Origin: a phage
Strand: one strand, 5' to 3'
Length of the DNA stretch: 64,000 bases
Sequence record: PZ452579.1
Below, piece by piece: positions 27,451 to 36,801 of the stretch. Within the stretch, counting starts at the first letter, position 1. Each line of letters opens with the position of its first letter. The notes below the pieces were generated by a model that was not told the DNA's origin, made no database searches, and saw only the letters and a program-made list of their open reading frames with translations. The translations under genes and the position numbers were made by a program.

Positions 27451-28167
27451 ATGAATTATAACTCAATATACGAAAAGCTTATCACCAATGCTAAATCAAG
27501 AAGTTTAGATGGTTATACAGAACGTCATCACATTATACCACAATGTTTAGGTGGAAGTGATGATGCTTTAAACTTAGTAGACTTAACACCGGAAGAACAT
27601 TATTTGGCACATCAACTGTTGGTAAAAATCCATCCAGATAATGCCTCTTTAATATATGCCGCTCGTATGATGACCATATCATCTCCTAAAGCAGATAGAA
27701 GCAAAAACAAATTATTTGGATGGCTTCGACGTAAGAATCAAGAAGTTCAAAAGAACAAAGAATTCACTGCTGAAACCCGTAAGAAAATGTCTGAGTCTGC
27801 AAAAAATAAACCAAAGATTACATGTCCACACTGCGGTTTAACCGGCACTGAAGGAAACATGAGACGTTGGCATTTTGATAACTGTAAACAAGGCCCTACG
27901 CCTAAAATAGTAAAACTTGATCAAGAAACAAAAGATAAAATAATTAAAACCATGGCCACGAAAATTTGGAAAGAAGATTCTTGCCCGTTTTGTGGCTTAA
28001 CTACTAAGTTATCGGCGTTAAAGCCACATATAAAATTCTGTAAATCAAATCCTAACAGAAAGAAAAAAGAGGACAAGAAAATTAAATGTCCTCATTGCGA
28101 TAAAATAGGGATCCCTGCTAATATGCATCGTTGGCATTTTGATAACTGTAAACATAAGCCTCATTAA
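27451..28167 (+). mobile_element. Free-standing HNH homing endonuclease with three C-terminal zinc-binding repeats
   Basis: 238 aa; ERHHIIPQCLGGSDDALNLVDLTPEEHYLAHQ (HNH); three CxxC...RWHFDNCK-type modules; only sizeable plus-strand gene in this block. Confidence 0.8.
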
Positions 28168-29852
28168 GAGGCTTTCATTACAGTAAATCGTCCAACTTTG
28201 CTCATTTGCAAATGTTGTCCATAAGCTTGTGGGTCATGGTCTCTGTGACTAATTATAAACACGTTTGCATCGGTTAGAGAGTTAAGAATTGTTGAAATAG
28301 CTTTAATACCTTCAGAATCAGTCGCGGAATCCATGACTTCGTCCATAATTAATGTATTGATTCTAACACCAGAGACCTTTTCAGCAATATCTCGCCATGT
28401 AAACAACAATGCGATATCGATACGTGCCTTTTCACCTTGACTAAACGAAGCATAACTGAATTCTTCACGACCACGTGATTTTATAGATTCATTGAATTCT
28501 TCGTCAATAGAAAACACGTAATCAGCTTCCATGATTTTAAGATAATGGTTAATCTGCTTATTGAACAAAGGCACATATTTTTTAATGATAGCACCTTTAA
28601 TACCAGAATCTTTTAACATATCTGTGATAATACCACGATGGTATTTTTCAAGAACGATATCCGATTTTGTTTTAATGATTTTATCAAGTTCTTTTTGAAG
28701 CAAAGCTATCTCATCGGCATGGTCGATAAATTCCGCCGAGGCTTGTTCTATTGCCGCTTTAACTTTCTTAGCTTTATCAATAGTGGCAATCATTGCTTGT
28801 TTCTTGGTACGAATATCAGATGCAAGGTCCTGTTTAGTCTTAACATTAGCTCTATATTCGTCCACTAGGACACTCAGATTATCTCTGTGACATGTAAGTT
28901 GCTCGAATGAGTGATTACATTCGTGAAGCTTATCGGTAATCTTAGAGACAATAGGATCACCCTGGTGTAACTGTGATGCACAAGTAGGACATGTACCGCC
29001 ATCATGATACATCTTAATAACTTTGTTATATGAGTCAATTTTAGATTTAATCAAGAATGCTTCTTGTCCTATCTTGTTGAATGCCTCAGTAGGGTCTTCA
29101 TCAAGAACGATATTAAGTAGTCGCTCATTAGCTTCTTCGATTTCTGCTTTTAATGAACGAGCTTCTTTGGCTAGGTCGTCATACATATTCTGTAGACGCG
29201 CTACATTATCACCAGATAATTTCTTTTGACGTTCGATATTCTCGTTATAAATCTTAATTTGTTGGATAACACCATCTTTCTTGGCATCAAGAACTTGTCC
29301 CTGAGAATTAAGTTCGCGAACTTGAGACTTATTGATTTTATCCATTTCAGCGAGTGTGCCGACTTCTAAAAGGTCTTCGACAAGTTTTCTACGAGCAGGG
29401 GTGCTAAGAGCCATGAAAGGGGTATACCCTGCCGTCCCAAGCACAACGATTTGTTTAAAAGACGCGTATGACATTCCGATGCTACGTTCAAATTCTTCTT
29501 GGAAGTCACGACTGCTGGCAGATTCATCAAGACGAACGCCGTCAACGGAGATTTCGAAAATATTGGGCTTTTGACCACGTCTAATGAAGTATTTTTTATC
29601 ATCGAATTCCATCCAAAGCTCAACTAAGAGCTCTTTCTTGTTCGTGCTATTAATGATTTGCCCTTTCTTAACATCACGAAATGGTTTACCGAAAAGTCCG
29701 AAAGTAATGGCTTCTAACATCGTAGATTTACCGCCGCCATTTTTACCGGTGATTAATGTCTTTTGGACTTTATCTAATTGGATATCAATAGGATTCCCAC
29801 CTACCGACATGATGTTTTGATAACGAACACGATTTAATTTAAATGATTTCAT
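28164..29852 (-). CDS. 46: Recombination nuclease subunit gp46 (Rad50/SbcC-like)
   Basis: 562 aa; Walker A GKNGGGKSTMLEAI, coiled-coil middle, signature/Walker B at C-terminus. Confidence 0.92.
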   Translation of the reverse strand: MKSFKLNRVRYQNIMSVGGNPIDIQLDKVQKTLITGKNGGGKSTMLEAITFGLFGKPFRDVKKGQIINSTNKKELLVELWMEFDDKKYFIRRGQKPNIFEISVDGVRLDESASSRDFQEEFERSIGMSYASFKQIVVLGTAGYTPFMALSTPARRKLVEDLLEVGTLAEMDKINKSQVRELNSQGQVLDAKKDGVIQQIKIYNENIERQKKLSGDNVARLQNMYDDLAKEARSLKAEIEEANERLLNIVLDEDPTEAFNKIGQEAFLIKSKIDSYNKVIKMYHDGGTCPTCASQLHQGDPIVSKITDKLHECNHSFEQLTCHRDNLSVLVDEYRANVKTKQDLASDIRTKKQAMIATIDKAKKVKAAIEQASAEFIDHADEIALLQKELDKIIKTKSDIVLEKYHRGIITDMLKDSGIKGAIIKKYVPLFNKQINHYLKIMEADYVFSIDEEFNESIKSRGREEFSYASFSQGEKARIDIALLFTWRDIAEKVSGVRINTLIMDEVMDSATDSEGIKAISTILNSLTDANVFIISHRDHDPQAYGQHLQMSKVGRFTVMKAS

Positions 29853-30103
29853 ATGTATTCTCTTCGAATGAAGTCCTCTACATATTTTAACATGTCATCC
29901 CTATCAGCAAAATATTCATCTAGTTCTGCATACATAACAACACCTGGTGCGTACTCACAGGTAACATACATTGTTCCAAAGAAACGAGGAGTTGATTCCT
30001 CGTAATTCTCAGTCCATTCAACGATACCAATATAACCGTCACCAATACTAAATTCATGACGATGGATTTCATAATCAGTCTTCGTCATTATACGCATCCT
30101 CAA
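29849..30103 (-). CDS. Hypothetical protein (46.1 position)
   Basis: 84-aa ORF. Confidence 0.45.
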   Translation of the reverse strand: MRMRIMTKTDYEIHRHEFSIGDGYIGIVEWTENYEESTPRFFGTMYVTCEYAPGVVMYAELDEYFADRDDMLKYVEDFIRREYI

Positions 30104-30332
30104 TACACGCTTCAGCCATTTTAAGAATAGAGCCAGGAGTATCGTTGTCCATTATATTAAAGCTAAATTCAATAGCCCAGTCGGTGCAGACATGAACTGC
30201 TTTAACTTCATTGCCTTCAACGCGTAATGGCTCAATCCAATACTTGATAGTGTTCTCGAATCCATCATCATCTTTAACGTCCATTTCAACTTCAAGCCTG
30301 AGTCCAGCATTGTTAAATTCATCTAAAGTCAT
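30075..30332 (-). CDS. Hypothetical acidic protein (46.2 position)
   Basis: 85-aa ORF. Confidence 0.45.
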   Translation of the reverse strand: MTLDEFNNAGLRLEVEMDVKDDDGFENTIKYWIEPLRVEGNEVKAVHVCTDWAIEFSFNIMDNDTPGSILKMAEACIEDAYNDED

Positions 30333-31348
30333 TGTGTTGCCTCAATATAAAGTTCGTTGGAATATTTGACCAGCGCTTCTCTGTCTTCGTCTGAGATATC
30401 TGGAATCGCGTCAATATATTCTTTAATGATATCTTGAAGTGATTTAATCTCGATTTCCTGGTCGTCATCAGATTCAACACTGTTATCAACTTTAGAAACC
30501 ATACGAAGAGAGTGAACTACTTTTTCAAGTTCAGATTCAAACTTAGTCAACTCTGAATCAATTTCTGATACTATAACACGTACGGCTAGATTGGTATAAT
30601 CAGAATAATTGATTTTGCCTTTAAATGGATAAGTGATTCGTCGATGCCATGTTGTTTCATTAGGAATAAATTCCATACGTTCAACATCAGTGTCAAATAC
30701 CCAGAATCCGCGCGGGTCGTTCTCATCACCTGCAGTAAGGGTCCATGGTGTCCCAATATATTTGACGTTAGCAGCTTCAGAGATTGTGTGGAAGTGGCCG
30801 GACCAGACTTGTTTATAGGTCTTTAAGAAATCAGGTTCAAGCCCATGAGACTTCATTCCTTTATAGAAATAAAAGCCATTCAGTTCCCAGTGACCAACAC
30901 AATACGCAGCAGAAGAAGTCTTGATGTGCTCTAAGATTTCACCTGTATTTTCTTCACACATCCATGGAACGATATCAATCAGACATCCATCAAAATCTAC
31001 AGTAGTTGGATGCTCGTAAATAGTAAAGTTTTCAAATTGAGTTAACAATTCAGAAACAGTGTTAGGTGTTATTGTATTCTTAAACGCCATGTCATGGTTT
31101 CCTATCGTGACATGAACGTGAATGCCTGCTTTAGAAATCATATCAACGATTTCACGATTGAATTCCATTGTACGATGTGTTATTGCTTTACGGACGTCAA
31201 ACCAATCACCGTACTGAATCCAAGTTTTAATCCCGTGTTTCTTAGAGTATTCAATTGCTTGTCGAATACCATCACGTTGAATATCTTGAACCCATGGGTC
31301 GTCTTGTTTGACTCCGATATGGAAGTCGCCTAAGTGCAAAATTTTCAT
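30329..31348 (-). CDS. 47: Recombination nuclease subunit gp47 (Mre11/SbcD-like)
   Basis: 339 aa; phosphoesterase motifs MKILHLGDFH, GNHD. Confidence 0.92.
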   Translation of the reverse strand: MKILHLGDFHIGVKQDDPWVQDIQRDGIRQAIEYSKKHGIKTWIQYGDWFDVRKAITHRTMEFNREIVDMISKAGIHVHVTIGNHDMAFKNTITPNTVSELLTQFENFTIYEHPTTVDFDGCLIDIVPWMCEENTGEILEHIKTSSAAYCVGHWELNGFYFYKGMKSHGLEPDFLKTYKQVWSGHFHTISEAANVKYIGTPWTLTAGDENDPRGFWVFDTDVERMEFIPNETTWHRRITYPFKGKINYSDYTNLAVRVIVSEIDSELTKFESELEKVVHSLRMVSKVDNSVESDDDQEIEIKSLQDIIKEYIDAIPDISDEDREALVKYSNELYIEATQ

Positions 31349-31394
31349 ATTATTTCCTCATTAGTTAATTCATTCTATCATCCGTTTATAAAGC

Positions 31395-31422
31395 AAAAAA
31401 AAAAGGAACTCCGAAGAGTTCC
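31395..31422 (-). terminator. Intrinsic terminator, C(UUCG)G hairpin plus U-run
   Basis: A10 then GGAACTC-CGAA-GAGTTCC on plus strand; sits between a small upstream ORF and gene 47. Confidence 0.65.
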
Positions 31423-31815
31423 TATCCACATAGTACACCGTACAGAGGCTCATTTGAACTTTTAAATCGAATGGGCTTGTATGTAATAGTTCCTTCGGCT
31501 TTAGCTTTATCATAAGACTCTTTAAAACGTCTCATTCTTTCTGCTTTGCCTTTACGGATTTTATCGAAATTTTCAGAAGTCGGGATGTTCGTCATGCATA
31601 AGCACCTCTCAGAAAATGCCTAAATCAATTTCTCTCATCGTTTCCACCATTTCTTAACTTGAAACGAATCAACCCACACGAGTTGTTTTGGGTCTGCCTT
31701 TACAATAGGCGGACAAATTTCTGTAATAGAACCGTCGTGATATTCCTTTTCAGAAATTTTAACACAAAGAGGACCTCCCAATTTAAGGGTGAACCCTGCG
31801 TTCAGCTTCAGACGT

Positions 31816-32139
31816 TTAAACTTTGTTTGAACTAGCGCCATTAATGATGTCCTCAATAGCCTGACGAGTAGTAACCCACTGGATTTTAATTAACTTGTCA
31901 TTATATGGTTGTCGTAGAATATCCCGAGATTTCTTAATAGCATATTCGTAAGCTTCGAAGTTGTTTTGAATTGCTGCTTCTTGAGCATGAGCATAAAGAC
32001 GGTTTAGTTCAAAACGATTCTTTTTAAGAATCTTTTCGGATTTTTTACGTGCTTCAGCTTCATTTTTCTTTTGGATTTCTTGTAGCATTTTAGCTACTGC
32101 ATCTTCTGCTTCTTTATTTTCAATAATCTCGGTAGTCAT
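31816..32139 (-). CDS. Hypothetical protein
   Basis: 107-aa ORF in the T4 alpha-glucosyltransferase interval. Confidence 0.45.
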   Translation of the reverse strand: MTTEIIENKEAEDAVAKMLQEIQKKNEAEARKKSEKILKKNRFELNRLYAHAQEAAIQNNFEAYEYAIKKSRDILRQPYNDKLIKIQWVTTRQAIEDIINGASSNKV

Positions 32140-32140
32140 A

Positions 32141-32350
32141 TTATCTCATTAAATTAAAATAAAAACGTCCATCCTCTTCAATACAGAACTCGTACTCAAC
32201 CGGAGTCCCATTTATTGAAAATGACACGTCATGTGGGTTCAAAGGGTCGATGTCAAAATTAATTTTAAATTCTCGACCCAACAGTTTTACCAAATAAGGG
32301 ATTGCTTCGTCAAAAGGTTCTTCTAAGTAGTTAGAGATGTCAATTGTCAT
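32141..32350 (-). CDS. Hypothetical protein
   Basis: ORF upstream of gene 55; start moved to an internal Met near the gp55 stop. Confidence 0.4.
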   Translation of the reverse strand: MTIDISNYLEEPFDEAIPYLVKLLGREFKINFDIDPLNPHDVSFSINGTPVEYEFCIEEDGRFYFNLMR

Positions 32351-32897
32351 CCTCATATAAAAAATCCAAACTAGGCGAATCGCTAACAACTTCCTTCTTT
32401 TCAGCCCCAGGAGCTTTATAAGCGGATTCTTCATAATGCGTCATTTTATCGTAGATGTCTTGAATAAACGTTTCATCTACCAACGCTACCATATCATCGT
32501 CATGACTGTCGTAGACATTATGAACGAAGTAACTATATTTCTTTGCAACTTCCTTACGTTCTTTTTTGATACGTTGGACAAAAGCATTAAAACAAGCTCG
32601 AGTTATGTATGCATGTGGGTTATTGTACTTAGTTTCGTCGAAATTATGAAGTCCCTTAATAGAGGCTTCAATCCCATCTGCAATCATCTCCTGCTTCCAA
32701 GACTGGGTATATCCTGAAAAGTTGAAACGTTTGGACAGGCCTTCGGCGATAAGCATAATTGCTAAACCGATGGTATCATTCTGACGAATAATTTTGTTTG
32801 GGTCTTTATTATTTAAGAGCTCCTTTTTCCACTCGATTATAGCGGCGAGAAGCTCTTTATTATTCACATAGTTATTTTTAGGTTTTTGTTCAGTCAT
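32340..32897 (-). CDS. 55: Late sigma factor gp55
   Basis: [27 protein letters not shown]... matches T4 gp55; track start appears non-ATG so start set at 32897. Confidence 0.9.
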   Translation of the reverse strand: MTEQKPKNNYVNNKELLAAIIEWKKELLNNKDPNKIIRQNDTIGLAIMLIAEGLSKRFNFSGYTQSWKQEMIADGIEASIKGLHNFDETKYNNPHAYITRACFNAFVQRIKKERKEVAKKYSYFVHNVYDSHDDDMVALVDETFIQDIYDKMTHYEESAYKAPGAEKKEVVSDSPSLDFLYEDDN

Positions 32898-33459
32898 AAG
32901 TACCTCTTGGCTCAATTCATAGGTCTATTATATCATAATATTTAGAGACCTATCTTAAAGCACGAGATACTATCGGAGCAAACAATAAGCCTGAAACACT
33001 TTTTCCATTAAACGTTTGAACTCATGGATATCGATATAAAGATCAGTAAGACCGGCATTATAAAGAAAATCTAAAAAGTTCTCATGTGTTTCGTTATAGT
33101 CGCCTTCGTTTAATTGAGATACATGAGTTTCCCAAAAACCAACACCTTTAACGAATGGAAAATACGTGACTTTCATGTATTCGTCAACATAAAATTCGCC
33201 CAGCTTTTCTTCAGTTATACTGATTCGAGTTAATTTCATTCTAGTTCCTTTGCTGCTTCAAGAGCAGCATCCAGCGAATCAAATTGGTCAACGAAATCAA
33301 TATTCAACGCATCGTCAACCGTAGCATATAACCACCATTGTTTGAATTCATATTCTAGGATAAATCCAGGCCCTTCAATCTGAGGAAGACCTAGGCTATT
33401 TGTACCAACTTCGTAACCAGCTAGACGCAGGTCATTAATCAAAGTTTCTGTTAATACGC

Positions 33460-33792
33460 TCATTTTACCGCCTTAACAATTTTCAGGTCAACGAATTTTT
33501 TCTTACGTTGATTTTTCATACGACGGATAGTCTTTTCAGAGATTTCATGTTTCTGATAAGCTTTAGATTCAACACCAAATGCAGCAACGTCAAATTCAGA
33601 AAGAATATATTGTACTAGAATTTCACGAATAGAATTACGTCCAATTTTCTGGTCGTGTTTTTGCATGATTTCATAAAGACGGAATTCCCACGCGTCAAGA
33701 ACTTGAGGAGTAACAATATTGCCGGATTCCAGAAGAGCAACAACTTTATCGAAAGCGAAAGAATTAACTACGTTTTTGATTTTAGTAGACAT
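33460..33792 (-). CDS. Hypothetical protein
   Basis: ORF with ATG at 33792 and GAGG RBS; promoter cassette at 33813..33855 upstream. Confidence 0.45.
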   Translation of the reverse strand: MSTKIKNVVNSFAFDKVVALLESGNIVTPQVLDAWEFRLYEIMQKHDQKIGRNSIREILVQYILSEFDVAAFGVESKAYQKHEISEKTIRRMKNQRKKKFVDLKIVKAVK

Positions 33793-33812
33793 ATTATTTT
33801 CCTCGGTTATTT

Positions 33813-33855
33813 TATTATCCAACGAGAGAATTATACTCATCTCTCAAGAGTTTGT
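33813..33855 (-). promoter_or_regulatory. Early-promoter/inverted-repeat cassette (GAGAGA/TCTCTC type)
   Basis: Near-identical to 63361..63405 except a compensatory arm change; minus strand TTTACA ... TATAAT. Confidence 0.5.
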
Positions 33856-35395
33856 ATACTATTTTTTAAGCATGAAAAGTAAGTAATTTGTATCACGTGG
33901 AGTAATATCAACACCCATATCAAAGATGCCTTTATAGATTGGGTATTTGTTTTCGGTTGTATCGAAGCTGAAACTATTTCCATCACAACTAACAGTAATA
34001 GCATCTGTTAAAATGTCATACTCAATCCTAACAATTGAATCCCCAATTTTAACGTCGAGGTGTTTTTTGAATTTGATAAAATCTAATTCTTGGGCCATGA
34101 TATTTTCCTCATTTTAAGACGATAGGAAGATAATAACATGTCTTCCTATCGTTGTACATTATTAACCGAACTTTTTAGCGCCTTTCCAGCCTTCATACAT
34201 AACTGCGCAAGTCAATAGCACAGCATGTTGGCATTCTTTGTATTTGTAAATCCAGAACCAGCGTAAGAAGTCTTCGTCCTCAACACCGTTGAGTTTCATA
34301 TTGGCAAAGAATTCGGCACGTTCTTCACGAAGCTTTTGCGATAACATAGATTCAGGATTCATTTTGTGTTCCACGCCCCATTTTCATCGATGAACTTAAT
34401 CCAGTCATTTACAGACCATTTAGTTGTATCACCCTTTGGATTAACATTTAAAGTATATAATCCCTGCTTAAAAAGCATTCGTTTGATATTCATAATTTCC
34501 TCAACTGTAACGATAACATTCGTTAGCTTTACGTTTGGCTTCAGTATGAGAAGTATTATAATCATAATCTTCTTTACTGTAAACATCTTTTTTCAACTTA
34601 CGAACTTCTTTGCGGAGTTGTCGATTCATTTCATTCTTGACTTCAGAATCAACGCCTTTCATACGTTTCCATTTATCTGAGCGGAAAATGTTTTCAACCA
34701 TGTCTTTGTGGCTAACACCGTCAGGAGCTTTACGCTTACCAAAATAGTCGTAATCGCGAACTTTCAAATCTTTACGACGATATGTTTTACCCATAAGTAC
34801 CTCAGAGGTTGATTGATACAATGCGTTTGATAAAATTCACTTCACTTACTGAAAGGTCTTTAAGACCGATTGATTCTAAACGCTGAGTAAGCGTCAACAT
34901 CGGGATATAGTCCCAATGTGTTTTAGACGTTTGATAAGTACGGACGCCATTAGCAATTTCAACATGCAAATCGGAAATGGTAACGAATACCGGTCGCTCG
35001 TCATTAACTTTAAGGGTTAGAACAACTTTCTTTGAATCTAAACTAATCATGACTTAATTTCCTTCGCAATTGAACAGAAGATACCACGGTCACAAAGCAT
35101 TTCGCCAATTTCTGGATATTTGATTGAACGGTACCAAACATCCAGGCTTGAAACTCTGGTTATCTGTACTGCATTACCGTTGACAGAATAGTACTGGTCA
35201 ACCTTAATTTCTTTATCTTCAATTGTCATTTTTATTTTCCTCTATAGTAGATGGTTTAATCTTAACACATCTATTGAGGATGTAAACTGTTTTATGAAAA
35301 TATTTTTGATTTGAGAGTGGCACAAGGAGATAGTGAAGTGAAGATTCCAATGGATTATATTAGAAATGGGATAAAGAAGACCAGGCGGCACCTGG

Positions 35396-35716
35396 TCAAT
35401 CTTCTATGATATCAGAGTCATATCCTAATGAAATCAAGGACTTTTTAAACTCTGCAATATTCTTTTGTTTCTTATCATTTAAAAATATGACAGGATAACG
35501 AATATTAAGTGAAGTGAATCCTGCACGTTTAGCAAGAGATACGATTAAAGGACGGTCATATTCAATCTTACCATTATTAGTGAGGACTTTATAAAATGTA
35601 TAAGGAGCGTTGAGCTCCTTTAAAAGTTTTGTAACAGTATAACATCCTGGACAACGTCCAACTTCTTCAGGGATGCCATAGATTTCAATCTTGTTCTTTA
35701 AGTTCGAGTTTTGTTC
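35396..35716 (-). CDS. Glutaredoxin-like NrdH-type redoxin (start uncertain)
   Basis: IEIYGIPEEVGRCPGCY redox CxxC motif; no in-frame ATG near the domain start, GTG at 35716 proposed. Confidence 0.5.
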   Translation of the reverse strand, partial: EQNSNLKNKIEIYGIPEEVGRCPGCYTVTKLLKELNAPYTFYKVLTNNGKIEYDRPLIVSLAKRAGFTSLNIRYPVIFLNDKKQKNIAEFKKSLISLGYDSDIIED

Positions 35717-36002
35717 CACGAGAAATAATTCCTTGGTAAGCCCAATAAGGAGGATTAACAGAATCCTCACCAGAGTTTTCTTCAGGAAAATAAACCTGGA
35801 TAACAAATCCAGATGCATCAAAGGTAAAATAAACCGTAGGTAGTTCACCTAACAATTCGGCACGAGCATTAATTTCTTCGAGATCTCGTTCACGTCCAGC
35901 CCAAAAACTAGGATTTAGATTACATTCGTAAAAATAATAGTCATTACCGAACATATCAAAACCCTTCCAACTCTCTACCACATACCGCTCAAAACTAATC
36001 AT
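35685..36002 (-). CDS. Hypothetical protein
   Basis: 105-aa ORF overlapping the nrdH-like upstream region. Confidence 0.4.
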   Translation of the reverse strand: MISFERYVVESWKGFDMFGNDYYFYECNLNPSFWAGRERDLEEINARAELLGELPTVYFTFDASGFVIQVYFPEENSGEDSVNPPYWAYQGIISRGTKLELKEQD

Positions 36003-36004
36003 AA

Positions 36005-36220
36005 TTAAGCCTTTTTATCAAGAACAGAATTCAGCTTGTTAGTAATTTTATCCAAACGTTCATTGAATTCGCTGGAGGATAAACCCTTTTCCGGAGAAAT
36101 TAAACTAATCACGAAAAATACACCAGTAAAAGGAATAAGAAAAATAACTCCAACTGCCATAAACAAAAAGAACGTTACAGTTGTAAGAAAATCAGCTAAA
36201 CCTTTACGAAATTTATACAT
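36005..36220 (-). CDS. Small membrane protein
   Basis: 71 aa with one long hydrophobic stretch. Confidence 0.45.
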   Translation of the reverse strand: MYKFRKGLADFLTTVTFFLFMAVGVIFLIPFTGVFFVISLISPEKGLSSSEFNERLDKITNKLNSVLDKKA

Positions 36221-36330
36221 ATTTACCCTTAATTAACTAAGCATTGATAAGCACTAAACTATATTGCGAATAAAATTCTGGACCAAAATGAAAAATCATA
36301 TCATTTATAGTATCCATAATGTAATTCAAT

Positions 36331-36801
36331 TTAATCATGTTTCCACACCCCATCGGTATTTGACCAAAGTCTCTGATTATCTGATCCTCGCCACAGTTTT
36401 TTGGTCGGAAGATTTTTCTCATACTTCCCATCAATAATAACATCAACATATTTAAGCATTTCTAGTTGTTTAATATCTTCAAACTTATATCCTGTCCACA
36501 ACCAAATGCTTTTATTGGGATAAAGATTTTTTACTGTTTGAACAATGCAATGAATGACGTCTCGATTGTCAGGATAGAGAGGGTCTCCTCCGGTTATAGT
36601 CAATCCTTCTATATAATCATTATTCAAATATTCAATCAATTGTTCTAGTGTTTCACCGGTGAATGGAATACCATTTCTAGCATTCCATGTTGATTTATTA
36701 TAACACCCTTCGCATTTATGCAAACAACCTGTAACGAAAAGAACGACCCTGCAACCAGGGCCATTCACAAAATCGCAAGGATAAAATCTATCATAATTCA
36801 T
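36331..36801 (-). CDS. nrdG: Anaerobic ribonucleotide reductase activating protein NrdG (radical SAM)
   Basis: 156 aa; CDFVNGPGCRVVLFVTGCLHKCEGC cluster; T4 NrdG size. Confidence 0.9.
   Translation of the reverse strand: MNYDRFYPCDFVNGPGCRVVLFVTGCLHKCEGCYNKSTWNARNGIPFTGETLEQLIEYLNNDYIEGLTITGGDPLYPDNRDVIHCIVQTVKNLYPNKSIWLWTGYKFEDIKQLEMLKYVDVIIDGKYEKNLPTKKLWRGSDNQRLWSNTDGVWKHD

Noticed and set aside
31423-32139. Alpha-glucosyltransferase between genes 47 and 55
   Set aside because: Only small ORFs (about 50-107 aa) occupy this interval; nothing of alpha-gt size (about 400 aa) or GT character
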